From NCBI GenBank assembly GCA_963842565.1, contig CAWJGX010000011.1, forward strand, positions 51,519 to 115,518: 64,000 bases of DNA. The letters are read 5' to 3'. Position 1 is the first letter of the stretch. The number at the start of each line of letters is the position of its first letter. Both the position numbers and the translations under genes were made by a program. Source of the DNA: an uncultured Actinomycetota bacterium (GTDB lineage: Bacteria; Actinomycetota; Actinomycetes; Propionibacteriales; Nocardioidaceae). Under the pieces are notes generated by a model. That model was not told where the DNA came from, did no database searches, and saw only the letters and a program-made list of their open reading frames with translations. Positions 20,169-32,874 of this stretch are shown one piece after another.

Positions 20169-20597
20169 GTGCCCCCAGCCCCGGAGCTCGAGACAAAGCT
20201 GCGTGGGGCGTCCCTGCGCGTGACGCGTCCACGGCTGGCCGTGCTGAGGGCCGTGCGCGACCATCCGCACGCCGACACCGACTCGATCATCGGCGCCGTG
20301 CGGGCCGATCTCGGCGAGGTCTCCCACCAGGCCGTCTACGACGTGCTGCGCGTGCTCACCACCGCCGGGCTCGTACGACGGATCCAGCCGTCCGGCTCGG
20401 TGGCCCGCTACGAGACCCAGCTCGACGACAACCACCACCACGCGGTGTGCCGGTCGTGCGGCGTCATCGTCGACGTCGACTGTGCCGTCGGCCACGCCCC
20501 GTGCCTGACCGCGTCCGAGGACCACGGCTTCACGATCGACGAGGCCGAGGTCGTCTACTGGGGCCTGTGCCCCGACTGCGCCACCCAGAGTTCCTGA
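20169..20597 (+). CDS. furA: Fur-family peroxide regulator FurA
   Basis: LRVTRPRLAVL, HPHAD, VSHQAVYDVL, DNHHHAVCRSCG, WGLCPDC; directly upstream of katG. Confidence 0.95.
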   Translation: MPPAPELETKLRGASLRVTRPRLAVLRAVRDHPHADTDSIIGAVRADLGEVSHQAVYDVLRVLTTAGLVRRIQPSGSVARYETQLDDNHHHAVCRSCGVIVDVDCAVGHAPCLTASEDHGFTIDEAEVVYWGLCPDCATQSS

Positions 20598-22856
<2,259 letters not shown>

Positions 22857-22861
22857 TCGGG

Positions 22862-23836
22862 TCAGCCCGGCAGCTGCTCCAGCACGGCAGGGTCGTCGGA
22901 CGGTAGCCAGATCGGCGCCCGTCCGACGGCGCTGGGCCGGAGCCAGCCGCGCTGCTCCGAGGTCTCCAGGGCAGTCGTGACGAAGGCCTGGATCGACTCC
23001 GACGTCGTGTCGTCGCGCCAGGCGACCCACCAGGGGTAGACCGGCTGCAGCTCCGAAGGTCGGTGCACGGGGATGCCGGCCTCGGCGTACCGCTGGGCGT
23101 AGGACTCGTACTCGAGGGTGAAGGCGGAGTCGCGTGCGCGGTTGACGGCGGCGAGGCAGTGCCCGAACGTCCCGGGGTTGCCGAGCCAACGCAGGGCCAC
23201 CCGGGTCTGCCGCTCGAAGGCAGCGAGGTACTCCCCGTGCACGTTGAACATGGCTGACCCGCTGGCGTCGGCGAACACCTCGACGGGTCGTTCGTGCAGG
23301 GAGACCGACTCCCTGGCCGGCTCGCCGGGTCTGCCGACGAGCAGCAACGGCTCGAGGCGGATCAGCCGGCGCTGCCACCCGATCGGCCGATCGGCCAGCA
23401 TCTGCGGGGTGACGCGCATGACCGCCACGTCGAGCTGCTCGGACAGGAGCGCGTCCAGCTGGCGGGCGCTGTCCATGGAGCTCTCGACCAGCTGCACGCC
23501 GTCGAACTCGCTGGAGAAGGCGTCGGCGATGTGTCGACTGGTCTCGAGCTCGAAGATGTGGGCGATGCGCAGGGCGTTGGTGTCGGGGACGTGTCGCATG
23601 CGCTTGGCCAGGACGAGCAGCTGGCGTGCGTCCTCGAGGAAGAGCTCGCCTCGACGGGTGAGCGCCACGTGCCGGCTGTCCCTCACCAGCAGCTGCGTCC
23701 CGATGTCGCTCTCGAGCTTGCGGATCTGCCTGGAGAGCGCGGGCTGGCTGATGTAGAGCTTCGCTGCCGCCCGGCCGAAGTGCAGCTCGTCGGCGACGGC
23801 GACGAAGTACCGCACCAGCCGCATGTCCAGATCCAT
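22862..23836 (-). CDS. LysR family regulator
   Basis: LVRYFVAVADELHFGRAAAKLYISQPALSRQIRKLE; divergent from the hydrolase operon. Confidence 0.92.
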   Translation of the reverse strand: MDLDMRLVRYFVAVADELHFGRAAAKLYISQPALSRQIRKLESDIGTQLLVRDSRHVALTRRGELFLEDARQLLVLAKRMRHVPDTNALRIAHIFELETSRHIADAFSSEFDGVQLVESSMDSARQLDALLSEQLDVAVMRVTPQMLADRPIGWQRRLIRLEPLLLVGRPGEPARESVSLHERPVEVFADASGSAMFNVHGEYLAAFERQTRVALRWLGNPGTFGHCLAAVNRARDSAFTLEYESYAQRYAEAGIPVHRPSELQPVYPWWVAWRDDTTSESIQAFVTTALETSEQRGWLRPSAVGRAPIWLPSDDPAVLEQLPG

Positions 23837-24007
23837 CTCGTGCCCTCCCGGTGCGTCACCGTATCGGGACGGCTCGGCCGTGGACCAGTGCGGTTATCGA
23901 TCGCGACCAGATGGGTCTTGGACGTACGGGGGTCGCGCGGTGTTGCGTCGTACCTGACAGCGCGCTCGGGTCGCAGCAGGTAGATCTCGAAGAAGCCGAG
24001 GAACCCC

Positions 24008-24868
24008 ATGTCCGGACTGCGCACCACGTTCGCCCGCACCCGCCCACCCGTACGAGCCGTGCTCGTCGCGCTGATCTCCCTGCTGCTGGTCCTGCTGGTG
24101 TCCGCCACCGCGGACGCGAGCAAGGCCGACCGCAAGCAGGACGGACCGAAGCCGACCATCGTCCTGGTGCACGGCGCCTGGGCGGACAGCTCCAGCTGGA
24201 GCGCCGTCGTACGTCGCCTGCAGCACGACGGCTACACCGTCACGGTCCCGCCGAACCCCCTGCGCTCGTTGCCCGGCGACGCGGCGTACATCTCCAGCTT
24301 CCTGCACACGATCACGGGACCGGTGGTGCTGGTCGGCCACTCGTACGGCGGGGCGGTGATCTCGAACGCCGCGCTGGGCAACGACAACGTCAAGGCGCTC
24401 GTCTTCGTCAACGCCTTCATCCCCGACCAGGGTGAGTCCGTGCAGCAGCTGGCCGGCGCCCAGCCCGGTTCTGCCCTGGCCGTCGCCGACCCCAGCACCG
24501 TCTTCAAGCTGGTGCCGTACCCCGGCGCCCCGGCCGGTGACTTCGACGCCTACATCCTGCCCAGCGTGTTCCGGACTGCCTTCGCGAACGACCTCGGGTC
24601 GAGGACCGCAGCCGTGCTGGCAGCGACGCAACGCCCCGCCACGCTGAGCGCGCTCGGCACCCCGTCGGGTCCGCCAGCGTGGAAGTCCATCCCGAGCTGG
24701 GCGCTGGTCGGCACCCTCGACCGCGTCCTTCCGCCGGCAGAGCAGCAGATCATGGCCACCCGCGCCCGCTCGCACATCACCCGCGTGAAGGCCTCCCACC
24801 TGTCGATGGTCTCGCGGCCGGGATCGGTGACCGACGTGATCACCGCGGCCGCACGCGCCACCCACTAG
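24008..24868 (+). CDS. Secreted alpha/beta hydrolase
   Basis: Signal-like N-terminus, VLVHGAWAD, GHSYGG, SHL. Confidence 0.9.
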   Translation: MSGLRTTFARTRPPVRAVLVALISLLLVLLVSATADASKADRKQDGPKPTIVLVHGAWADSSSWSAVVRRLQHDGYTVTVPPNPLRSLPGDAAYISSFLHTITGPVVLVGHSYGGAVISNAALGNDNVKALVFVNAFIPDQGESVQQLAGAQPGSALAVADPSTVFKLVPYPGAPAGDFDAYILPSVFRTAFANDLGSRTAAVLAATQRPATLSALGTPSGPPAWKSIPSWALVGTLDRVLPPAEQQIMATRARSHITRVKASHLSMVSRPGSVTDVITAAARATH

Positions 24869-24903
24869 CCACCCCCACCACGCAATCCTCGAGGAGAGAC
24901 GTC

Positions 24904-25704
24904 ATGACTGATTCAGCAACCCCGGTGGTCTTCATCCACGGCCTGTGGCTGCACGCCACCAGCTGGGGACCCTGGTGCGACCTGTTCCGCGAGTCCGGCT
25001 ACGAGCCGATCGCCCCCGGGTGGCCGAACGAGCCGGCGACGGTCGCCGAGGCGCGCGAGCAACCCGAGCTCGTCGCGAACACCTCCATCGACGAGGCCGT
25101 TGCGCACTACGCCGCACTGATCGACGCACTCGACGAAGCCCCCGTGATCATCGGTCACTCGTTCGGGGGACTGATCACCGAGAAGCTGCTCGGCCAGGGT
25201 GTCGGCGCGGCCGGCGTGGCCATCGATCCTGCGCAGATCAAGGGCGTGCTGCCGCTTCCCCTCTCCCAGCTGCGATCGGGATTCCCGGCGCTGGGCAACC
25301 CCGCCAACCTGCACAAGTCCGTGTCGCTGACCTCGAAGCAGTTCCACTACGGGTTCGGCAACGCGCTGTCGGAGGAGGAGTCGGACGCCCTGTTCGAGAA
25401 GTGGACGATCCCGTCCCCGGCACGACCCCTGTTCCAGGCGGCCGCGGCGAACTTCGCCCTCCACTCGGAGGCCAAGGTCGACACGGACAACGAGAACCGT
25501 GGCCCGCTGCTGCTGATCTCCGGCACCGAGGACCACACGGTGCCCGACGTCGTGACGCGGTCGACCCTCAAGCAGTACCGCGACTCCGCGGCCGTCACCG
25601 AGCTGCGCCAGTTCGAAGGGCGCGGCCACTCCCTCACGGTGGACAGCGGGTGGAGGGACGTCGCCGACGCAGTCCTCGACTGGTTGAAGACCCAGGGTCA
25701 CTGA
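24904..25704 (+). CDS. Alpha/beta hydrolase (non-heme haloperoxidase-like)
   Basis: FIHGLWLH, GHSFGG, DHTVP, RGHSL. Confidence 0.9.
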   Translation: MTDSATPVVFIHGLWLHATSWGPWCDLFRESGYEPIAPGWPNEPATVAEAREQPELVANTSIDEAVAHYAALIDALDEAPVIIGHSFGGLITEKLLGQGVGAAGVAIDPAQIKGVLPLPLSQLRSGFPALGNPANLHKSVSLTSKQFHYGFGNALSEEESDALFEKWTIPSPARPLFQAAAANFALHSEAKVDTDNENRGPLLLISGTEDHTVPDVVTRSTLKQYRDSAAVTELRQFEGRGHSLTVDSGWRDVADAVLDWLKTQGH

Positions 25705-25710
25705 GCCGTC

Positions 25711-26499
25711 ATGGATCTGGACCTCGAGGGCAGGACCGCGGTCGTCACCGGGGCGAGCAAGGGCATCGGGCTGGCCATCACCCGTGCCCTGGTCGGGGAA
25801 GGCGTCCACGTGGTCGCCGGTGCCCGGGAGCAGAGTGCGGAGCTGGCCGAGCTGGCGACCGAGGGAAGGGTCCAGACCGTGACGGTGGACCTCGCGACCG
25901 CAACGGGACCGGCCGACCTGGTCGCCGCTGCCCTGGACCGCGGGGGACTCGACATCCTGGTCAACAACGTCGGCCAGGTCTCGCCCAGGCTCAACGGCTT
26001 CCTGATGGTGACCGACGAGCAGTGGATGCACTCGCTCAACCTCAACCTGATGGCAGCGGTCAGGACCACGCGGGCTGCGCTCCCGGCCATGCTGGCGGCA
26101 GGTCACGGTTCGATCGTGACGACCAGCTCCGTCAACGCGTTCCTGCCGGACCCAGGAGTGATCGACTACAGCGCGGCCAAGGCAGCGCTGACCAACTTCT
26201 CCAAGGCCCTCTCCAAGGAGGTCGGTGCTCGTGGAGTGCGCCTGAACACCGTCAGCCCGGGGCCGGTCGCCACCGACCTGTGGCTGGGCAGTGGCGGCGT
26301 CGCGGCGGCCGTCGGGCACGCCACGGGACGAGAGCCCGAGGCGGTCGCACGGGACGCGGCCGACCAGTCGGTCACCGGCCGGTTCACCCGCCCCGACGAG
26401 GTGGCCGCCCTCGTGCTGATGCTGTCCAGCGACCGCGCCTCCGGCAACGTCACCGGCTCCGACTTCGTGATCGACGGCGGCTTGACGACGCAGACCTGA
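25711..26499 (+). CDS. Short-chain dehydrogenase/reductase
   Basis: TGASKGIG, LVNNVG, YSAAK, VIDGG. Confidence 0.92.
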   Translation: MDLDLEGRTAVVTGASKGIGLAITRALVGEGVHVVAGAREQSAELAELATEGRVQTVTVDLATATGPADLVAAALDRGGLDILVNNVGQVSPRLNGFLMVTDEQWMHSLNLNLMAAVRTTRAALPAMLAAGHGSIVTTSSVNAFLPDPGVIDYSAAKAALTNFSKALSKEVGARGVRLNTVSPGPVATDLWLGSGGVAAAVGHATGREPEAVARDAADQSVTGRFTRPDEVAALVLMLSSDRASGNVTGSDFVIDGGLTTQT

Positions 26500-26532
26500 G
26501 CGCCGGCGGAGGATGTCTGCGACCCGCGGAGC

Positions 26533-26950
26533 TCAGATCGGGACGCGGAACTCCCGGGCCAGCACGCCTCGGAGGTCGGCGATCATCTCGGGCACCCCGC
26601 CGCCCTTCTCGATGTAGCCGTGCGCGCCCAGCGCCAGGGCGCGGTCGATGGCGCCGCTGGAACCCGTGAACGCCGACAGCATCACCACGATGGAGCCGGG
26701 GGAGTCCTCGCGGATCAGGGTCAGCGCCTGGAGCCCGTCCATCACGGGCATCGCGATGTCCAGCAGCACGAGGTGCGGCTTGTACGCCGCCACGGCCTCG
26801 ACACCCGGAGGCACCGTCCTCAGCCTCGGCCACGACGGTGAAGTCGGGTTCCCGGTCGAGCGTCATCCGCACCAGGGATCGCAGGTCGGCAGAGTCGTCG
26901 ACCAGCACGACGCGAATCGGACTGGTCAGGCTCACATCCACAGGTGTCAC
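26533..26950 (-). CDS. Stand-alone response regulator receiver, frameshift near 26812
   Basis: IRVVLVDDS...VVAEAEDG + PHLVLLDIAMPVMDG...MLS...GYIEK. Confidence 0.8.
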
Positions 26951-27082
26951 CTCGGGTCTCGATCGAGCAGGGCGCGCTCACGCTATCGGGAGCCCGACCG
27001 ACGGGGGGCAGAATGCCAAAGGCGCTCGTTCGGTGTCACCGTGTCGTCCAGCACTCGGAAACACGCCGGGCCCACGACGACC

Positions 27083-28276
27083 TCAGTCGGCGCTGGGGGA
27101 GGCGTCCACGAGGTCATGGACCATCGCGTACTTCGCGCGCAGCCGCTGTTCCTGCTCGGCGCTGTAGCGACGCCCGCGTGCCGTCCGCCTGGACGTGCCG
27201 CCGGGCAGACGCTGCAACCCGCCGTACAGGGTCGCGGTGGCATGGCCGAGGACGGGCACGACGTGCTTGAACCGGGACTCGTCGATGCCGAGCTCGTCGG
27301 CCAGGGCGTCGCCGATGACGGCACGGATCAGGCCGTTGACGTACGCCGTGGCCACGCTCCGCGAGCCCGGCATCCGGGCCGGGAGCAGCTCGGCGACCTC
27401 GGGGACCAGGTAGTCGTTGACGAGGCCGGCAACCAGGGCGCGGCTGCGGTCGTCGACCGGTGGCCGGGTGAGCTGGTACAGCTCCTGGATGGCACGCTGA
27501 CCGGCTTCGTCCACGGGGAGCAGCGCCTCGGAGACCCCGGAGAGGTGGCCGACGTAGCGCCACAACGCGTAGATGTCCCTGAGCTCGTCGTCGCTGTACC
27601 GCGCCCCGAGCAGGTCCATCCCGCTGACGGCGATGCTCCCGAACTCGCTGAGGGTGTGTGCCATGTAGGGCTGGCTGATCGGCGTCCCGAGCACGGCCGC
27701 GTCCCACTCCGGCCTGCCGGCGACGTGCCGCCGCACCATCGCGTGGATGACCCGCACGCGAACGGTCCGTTGGAAGCCGAGGCCGTCGCGTCGCATGCCG
27801 CCCGGGGTGGTCACCTCGCGAAGCCAGTCGCCGACCTCGAGGTTGCGCATGCCGGCGTGGTCGACGAGGCGGCCGGTGAGGATGAGCGGGTACGCCGCGG
27901 CCGGGTTGGTGTACCCCACCATCAGGGAGCCTGCGGCCAGCACCAGCCCCAGCTGGAGGCTGTTGCGCGCGATGTGGTCGCCCGCCCGGTCCAGCTGCTC
28001 GAAGTCGACCCAGGGTGGCACCGCGTCCAGCTCGGTGAACAGGGCGACCAGCGAGTCGGGGGGCGAGTCCACGGACGAGATGCCGCTGTCGATCGCCGTG
28101 CGGAACATCCGCATCCCCGGTGCACGTCCCAGCTCGAGCATGTCTGCCACGAAGGCATCGGCGAGCGCGTCTCCCTCCCACAGCCCCTGCACCCACGCCC
28201 GTCCGACAGCTCCGTGGGTGGCCACGGCCTCGTCCACGTTGCGCGCGTGCGCCGGCGCGGATTCGGCGAGAGTCAT
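27083..28276 (-). CDS. MpaB/ER-bound oxygenase (DUF2236, Lcp-like) family protein
   Basis: GDALAD, VPPWVDFEQL, VRVIHAMVR, PISQ, WRYVGHLSGV; leaderless TACGAT-N7-ATG. Confidence 0.88.
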   Translation of the reverse strand: MTLAESAPAHARNVDEAVATHGAVGRAWVQGLWEGDALADAFVADMLELGRAPGMRMFRTAIDSGISSVDSPPDSLVALFTELDAVPPWVDFEQLDRAGDHIARNSLQLGLVLAAGSLMVGYTNPAAAYPLILTGRLVDHAGMRNLEVGDWLREVTTPGGMRRDGLGFQRTVRVRVIHAMVRRHVAGRPEWDAAVLGTPISQPYMAHTLSEFGSIAVSGMDLLGARYSDDELRDIYALWRYVGHLSGVSEALLPVDEAGQRAIQELYQLTRPPVDDRSRALVAGLVNDYLVPEVAELLPARMPGSRSVATAYVNGLIRAVIGDALADELGIDESRFKHVVPVLGHATATLYGGLQRLPGGTSRRTARGRRYSAEQEQRLRAKYAMVHDLVDASPSAD

Positions 28277-28596
28277 GGAATGGATCGTAGGGCCCCGACC
28301 GGAGGAGCCTCGCCGCGACAAGGCACTGACGAAGCCCGAAGAAGCTGGCCGCCGGGGTTGCACCCTCCGATCGGGGGTGAACTGCGTGAGTCCCGAGGCG
28401 AGACGCCTCGGCCACCCGCGACGGCCTGCTTGCCTGCCGACCATGTCATGCCGGGAGTGGCCACGGCCAGACACCACGCCAGCGGGTGGGATGTGGCGCG
28501 CCCTGGGCTGGGGGACAAAGCGGATGGGCCTGTCGGCAGCTGCGGAGGTCTGTCGGTGCGGCCCGGCGCGGTCGTAGGGTGGTGACGAGGTGGCTG

Positions 28597-28995
28597 ATGA
28601 GCGACGACATGGTGGTCGACCTGTACGACGAGGACCTCGACCCGGCCGAGGTCGAGCAGCTGACGCTGGCACTGCGGCGCGAGCTCCTGGACGTCACGGA
28701 GGTCGAGGACGTGGCTCACGCGCAGGCCGGGCCGGCGCCCCCGGGGTCTCGCGCCATCGGGCTCGCGGAGATCGGCAGCCTGATCGTCACGGTCAAGCCG
28801 ACGGTGGAGGCGCTCGTCAAGGTGGTCGGCGTACTCCGCGGCTGGATGGCCAGCCGCAAGGCCTCCGGCACCAAGAAGCAGAGCACGATGCGGATCACCG
28901 TCAACGGCCAGACCCTCGAGCTGACTCCCACCGCAGAGCAGCAGCAGGCGCTGGTGGCGGAGTTCGTGAAGGCGGCGGCCACCGACGAGAAATAG
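28597..28995 (+). CDS. Small protein resembling effector-associated constant component EACC1
   Basis: LTLALRRELL...AGPAPPGSRA...IGSLIV...LRGW...RITVNGQTLEL...QQQALVAEF; family assignment from recall only. Confidence 0.55.
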   Translation: MSDDMVVDLYDEDLDPAEVEQLTLALRRELLDVTEVEDVAHAQAGPAPPGSRAIGLAEIGSLIVTVKPTVEALVKVVGVLRGWMASRKASGTKKQSTMRITVNGQTLELTPTAEQQQALVAEFVKAAATDEK

Positions 28996-28998
28996 TCT

Positions 28999-29050
28999 CA
29001 GGTCGAGTGCTCAGGTGGGTGCTCTGGCGACCACCTGAGCACACGACTCG
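28999..29050. repeat. REP-like palindromic repeat, copy 2 (between convergent genes)
   Basis: caggtcgagtgctcaggtgggtgctctggcgaccacctgagcacacgactcg. Confidence 0.85.
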
Positions 29051-29058
29051 ACTGGGGG

Positions 29059-30471
29059 TCAGAAGAGCCTGCGCATCAGCCGGGTCTTCAGGCGGGTGTA
29101 CGGCGGGTAGAGGAGCGGCGGGTCCAGCGCCCAGGCGGGACGGTTGAGCACGGACTTGCGATGGCTGAACGTCTCGAAGCCCCAGCGACCGTGGTAGGCG
29201 CCGTAGCCACTCGGCCCGACGCCGCCGAAGGGCAGGGACGGCACCAGGATGTGGTTGATGGCGTCGTTGACGGCCACCCCGCCCGACGAGGTGGTGCTGA
29301 GCACCTCGTCGACCGTCTCGTCGGAGGTGGTGAACAGGTAGAGCGCCAGTGGCTTGTCGCCGGCGCGGATCGCGGCGGTCACCTCGCCGAGGTCGCGGTA
29401 GGTGAGCACGGGCAGCACCGGGCCGAAGATCTCCTCGCCCATCACAGCGGAGCTGCTGGTGACGCCGCGCAGGATCGTCGGCGCGACGTACTTGCCCTCC
29501 ACGTCGACCTCACCGCCGCAGACGACCTCGTCGTCGCCCTGGTCGAGCAGGCCCTTCACGCGCTGGGTGTGGCCGGCGTTGACCATCCGGCCGAAGTCCT
29601 TGCTGGTGCGCGGCTCCGAGCCGAACCGCTTGGCGATCTCGGCCCGCAGCAGACGGAGGAACTCCGCCTCGACGGACTCGTGCACGAAGACGTGGTCGAC
29701 GGCGATGCAGGTCTGACCGGAGTTGAGGAACTTGGCGAACGCCACCTTGCTGGCGGCGAGCTTGAGGTTGGCGTCCTCGGTGACGATCGCGGGGGACTTG
29801 CCCCCCAGCTCGAGCGTCACCGGCGTCAGGTGCTTGGCCGCGGCCTCCGCGACGATGCGTCCCACGGTGCCGTTGCCGGTGTAGAGGATGTGGTCCCACT
29901 GGAGCTCCAGCAGCGTGGTGGTCTCGGGGATGCCGCCCTCGACCACGGCGACGGCCGCGGGGTCGACGTACTCCGGCAGGAGCCGGGCCAGCGCCGCCGA
30001 CGTGGCGGGCGCGACCTCGGAAGGCTTGCAGACCACGGCGTTGCCGGCCGCCAGCGCGGCAGCGAGCGGGGTGACCAGGAGCTGCACGGGGTAGTTCCAC
30101 GGCGCGATGATCAGCACCACGCCCACCGGCTCCCGGATGATCTGCGCCTTCCCCGGCTTGAACAGCAGCGGCAGCTTGCGACGCTCGGGTGCGGTCCAGT
30201 CGCCGAGGTGGTGCTGGATGTCCTCGATCTCGCGCATCGTCGAGCGGAGGTCGGCGGCCCAGCTCTCGGCGGGTGGCCGGCCGAGGTCCTGGGCCAGGGC
30301 AGCGACGAAGTCGTCCTCGCGCTCGACGAGCATCCGACGCAGTGCCGTGAGCTGTTCCTGGCGCCACGCGAGTGGCCGGGTCCTGCCCTCGGCAAAGGTC
30401 GTGCGGAGGGTGTCGCGCAGGCCCGCGGCGTCGAGGGCAGGGGTGGCGGCGCGTTCGTCGAGCTGGGTCAT
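29059..30471 (-). CDS. Aldehyde dehydrogenase (ALDH3-like)
   Basis: IAPWNYP, LELGGKSP, SGQTCIA, EEIFGP, PFGGVGPSG. Confidence 0.95.
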   Translation of the reverse strand: MTQLDERAATPALDAAGLRDTLRTTFAEGRTRPLAWRQEQLTALRRMLVEREDDFVAALAQDLGRPPAESWAADLRSTMREIEDIQHHLGDWTAPERRKLPLLFKPGKAQIIREPVGVVLIIAPWNYPVQLLVTPLAAALAAGNAVVCKPSEVAPATSAALARLLPEYVDPAAVAVVEGGIPETTTLLELQWDHILYTGNGTVGRIVAEAAAKHLTPVTLELGGKSPAIVTEDANLKLAASKVAFAKFLNSGQTCIAVDHVFVHESVEAEFLRLLRAEIAKRFGSEPRTSKDFGRMVNAGHTQRVKGLLDQGDDEVVCGGEVDVEGKYVAPTILRGVTSSSAVMGEEIFGPVLPVLTYRDLGEVTAAIRAGDKPLALYLFTTSDETVDEVLSTTSSGGVAVNDAINHILVPSLPFGGVGPSGYGAYHGRWGFETFSHRKSVLNRPAWALDPPLLYPPYTRLKTRLMRRLF

Positions 30472-32874
30472 TCAGTCCTCCTTGGTCTTGGCGGCAGCCT
30501 TGCCCAGTCTCAGCCAGGTGTCCACGACCGTGTCCGGGTTCAGGGACATCGACTCGATGCCCTGCTCGAGCAGCCACTCCGCCATGTCGGGGTGGTCGCT
30601 CGGGCCCTGGCCGCAGATGCCGACGTACTTGCCGGCGTCGCGGCACGCCTTGATCGCGCGCTCCAGCATGAACAGCACGGCCGGGTCGCGCTCGTCGAAG
30701 GATCCGGCGACGAGCGAGGAGTCGCGGTCGAGGCCGAGGACGAGCTGCGTCATGTCGTTGGACCCGATCGAGAAACCGTCGAAGTGCTCGAGGAACTCGT
30801 CGGCGAGGATGGCGTTGGAGGGCACCTCGCACATCATCACGACCTGCAGGTCGTTCTCACCCCGGACCAGGCCGTGCTCGGCGAGCAGGTCGATGACCCC
30901 CTTGGCCTCGGCGATGGTGCGCACGAACGGGATCATGATCTTGACGTTGTTCAGGCCCATCTCGTCACGCACGAACTTCAGCGCCTCGGCCTCCATCGCG
31001 AAGCAGTCGGCGAACTCGTCCGAGAGATACCGCGAGGCGCCGCGGTAGCCGATCATCGGGTTCTCCTCGTCGGGCTCGAAGAGCTCGCCGCCGACCATGT
31101 TGGCGTACTCGTTGGACTTGAAGTCGCTCATCCGGACGATCACCGGCTCGGGCGCGAACGCGGCTGCCAGCGTCGAGACTCCTTCGGCGACGCGCTGCAC
31201 GAAGAACTCGCGCGGGCCCGGGTACGCCGCGATCGTCTCGGTGATCTCCGACTTCAGCGGCTCCTCGAGGTCGTCGAGCCCGAGCAGCGCCTTCGGGTGG
31301 ATCCCGATCTGCCGGTTGATGATGAACTCGAGCCGGGCCAGTCCGACACCGGCGTTGGGCAGCTGGGCGAAGGCGAACGCCTGCTCCGGCGTACCGACGT
31401 TCATCATGATCTTGGTGCCGATCTCCGGCATCTCCGAGAGCTCGGTCTCCTCGACGGTGAAGTCGAGCTCGCCGTCGTAGATGTAGCCCGTGTCGCCCTC
31501 CGCGCAGGAGACGGTCACCGCGCGTCCGTCCTCCAGCGAGCGGGTCGCGGTGCCCGTGCCGACGACGGCGGGGATGCCGAGCTCGCGGGCGATGATGGCT
31601 GCGTGGCAGGTGCGTCCGCCGCGGTTGGTGACGATCGCCGAGGCGCGCTTCATGATCGGCTCCCAGTCGGGGTCGGTCATGTCCGCGACGAGCACCTCGC
31701 CCTCGTTGAACTCGTGCATCTCCTCGATCGAGGTCATCACGCGCACTGCGCCGGCACCGATCTTCTGGCCGATGGCGCGACCCTCGACGACGACCTCGCC
31801 CTTCTCGTCCATCCGGAACCGCTGGCGCACGCCGGCCCGGGACATCACCGTCTCGGGACGGGCCTGCAGCACGTAGAGGTCACCGTCGAGGCCGTCCTTG
31901 CCCCACTCGATGTCCATCGGTCGGCCGTAGTGCTCCTCGATGGTCAGCGCGTGCCGGGCCAGTCCCTCGACCTCGTCGTCGGTGAGGCTGAGCAGCCGCC
32001 GCTCGTCCTCCTCGGTGTCGACGAACTCGGTCGTCTTCCCGACGTTCGGGTCGTCCGTGTAGACCATCTTGGTCGCCTTGGATCCCACGCCCCGCTTGAG
32101 GATCGCCGGCCGGTCGTCGCGCAGCGCGGGCTTGTAGACGTAGAACTCGTCCGGGTTGACGGCACCCTGCACGACCGCCTCGCCCAGGCCGTACGACGAG
32201 GTGATGAACACCGCGTCGTCGAAGCCGGACTCGGTGTCCATCGTGAACATCACGCCGGACGCGCCGATGTCGGAGCGGACCATCTGCTGCACACCGGCCG
32301 AGAGCGCGACGGCGTCGTGGTCGAAGTCGTGGTGCACCCGGTAGGCGATCGCGCGGTCGTTGTAGAGCGAGGCGAACACCTCCCGGATCGCCTGCAGCAC
32401 CCCGTCGATGCCCTTGATGTTCAGGAACGTCTCCTGCTGGCCGGCGAAGGAGGCGTCGGGGAGGTCCTCGGCGGTCGCGCTCGAGCGCACCGCGAAGGAC
32501 ACGTCGTCGCGCCCGTCCACCAGCGCGTCGTACGCCTCGCGGATGTCCTTCTCGAGGTCCTCGGGGAACTCCTGGTTGGCGACCTCCTCGCGGATCGCCT
32601 TGCCGACCTCGGCCAGGGCGCGGGTGTCGTCGGTGTCGAGGCCCTTCAGCTTGGCGGAGATGTCCTCGGCCAGGCCGGTGTCGCCGATGAACCGGCGGAA
32701 CGCGTCGGCGGTCGTGGCGAAGCCGTCGGGGACGCGGACCCCCAGGGAGGACAGGTTGCTGACCATCTCGCCCAGGGAGGCGTTCTTGCCCCCGACGTCC
32801 TCGATGTCGCTGAGGCCGATGTCGGCGAAGGCCCGGACGTTGTCGGGGGCCCTGAGGGAGTGGTGGTCGTTCAT
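30472..32874 (-). CDS. ppsA: Phosphoenolpyruvate synthase
   Basis: [48 protein letters not shown]. Confidence 0.98.
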   Translation of the reverse strand: MNDHHSLRAPDNVRAFADIGLSDIEDVGGKNASLGEMVSNLSSLGVRVPDGFATTADAFRRFIGDTGLAEDISAKLKGLDTDDTRALAEVGKAIREEVANQEFPEDLEKDIREAYDALVDGRDDVSFAVRSSATAEDLPDASFAGQQETFLNIKGIDGVLQAIREVFASLYNDRAIAYRVHHDFDHDAVALSAGVQQMVRSDIGASGVMFTMDTESGFDDAVFITSSYGLGEAVVQGAVNPDEFYVYKPALRDDRPAILKRGVGSKATKMVYTDDPNVGKTTEFVDTEEDERRLLSLTDDEVEGLARHALTIEEHYGRPMDIEWGKDGLDGDLYVLQARPETVMSRAGVRQRFRMDEKGEVVVEGRAIGQKIGAGAVRVMTSIEEMHEFNEGEVLVADMTDPDWEPIMKRASAIVTNRGGRTCHAAIIARELGIPAVVGTGTATRSLEDGRAVTVSCAEGDTGYIYDGELDFTVEETELSEMPEIGTKIMMNVGTPEQAFAFAQLPNAGVGLARLEFIINRQIGIHPKALLGLDDLEEPLKSEITETIAAYPGPREFFVQRVAEGVSTLAAAFAPEPVIVRMSDFKSNEYANMVGGELFEPDEENPMIGYRGASRYLSDEFADCFAMEAEALKFVRDEMGLNNVKIMIPFVRTIAEAKGVIDLLAEHGLVRGENDLQVVMMCEVPSNAILADEFLEHFDGFSIGSNDMTQLVLGLDRDSSLVAGSFDERDPAVLFMLERAIKACRDAGKYVGICGQGPSDHPDMAEWLLEQGIESMSLNPDTVVDTWLRLGKAAAKTKED

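Noticed and set aside
23861-23890. Other GTATC occurrences (23861, about 14028, about 31027, about 33418) as ECF promoters
   Set aside because: They lie inside CDSs or lack the GC(C)TC element at the 16-nt spacing.
28324-28350. CTGACGA as a hammerhead ribozyme core
   Set aside because: No correctly placed GAAA or stem I/III pairing was found.
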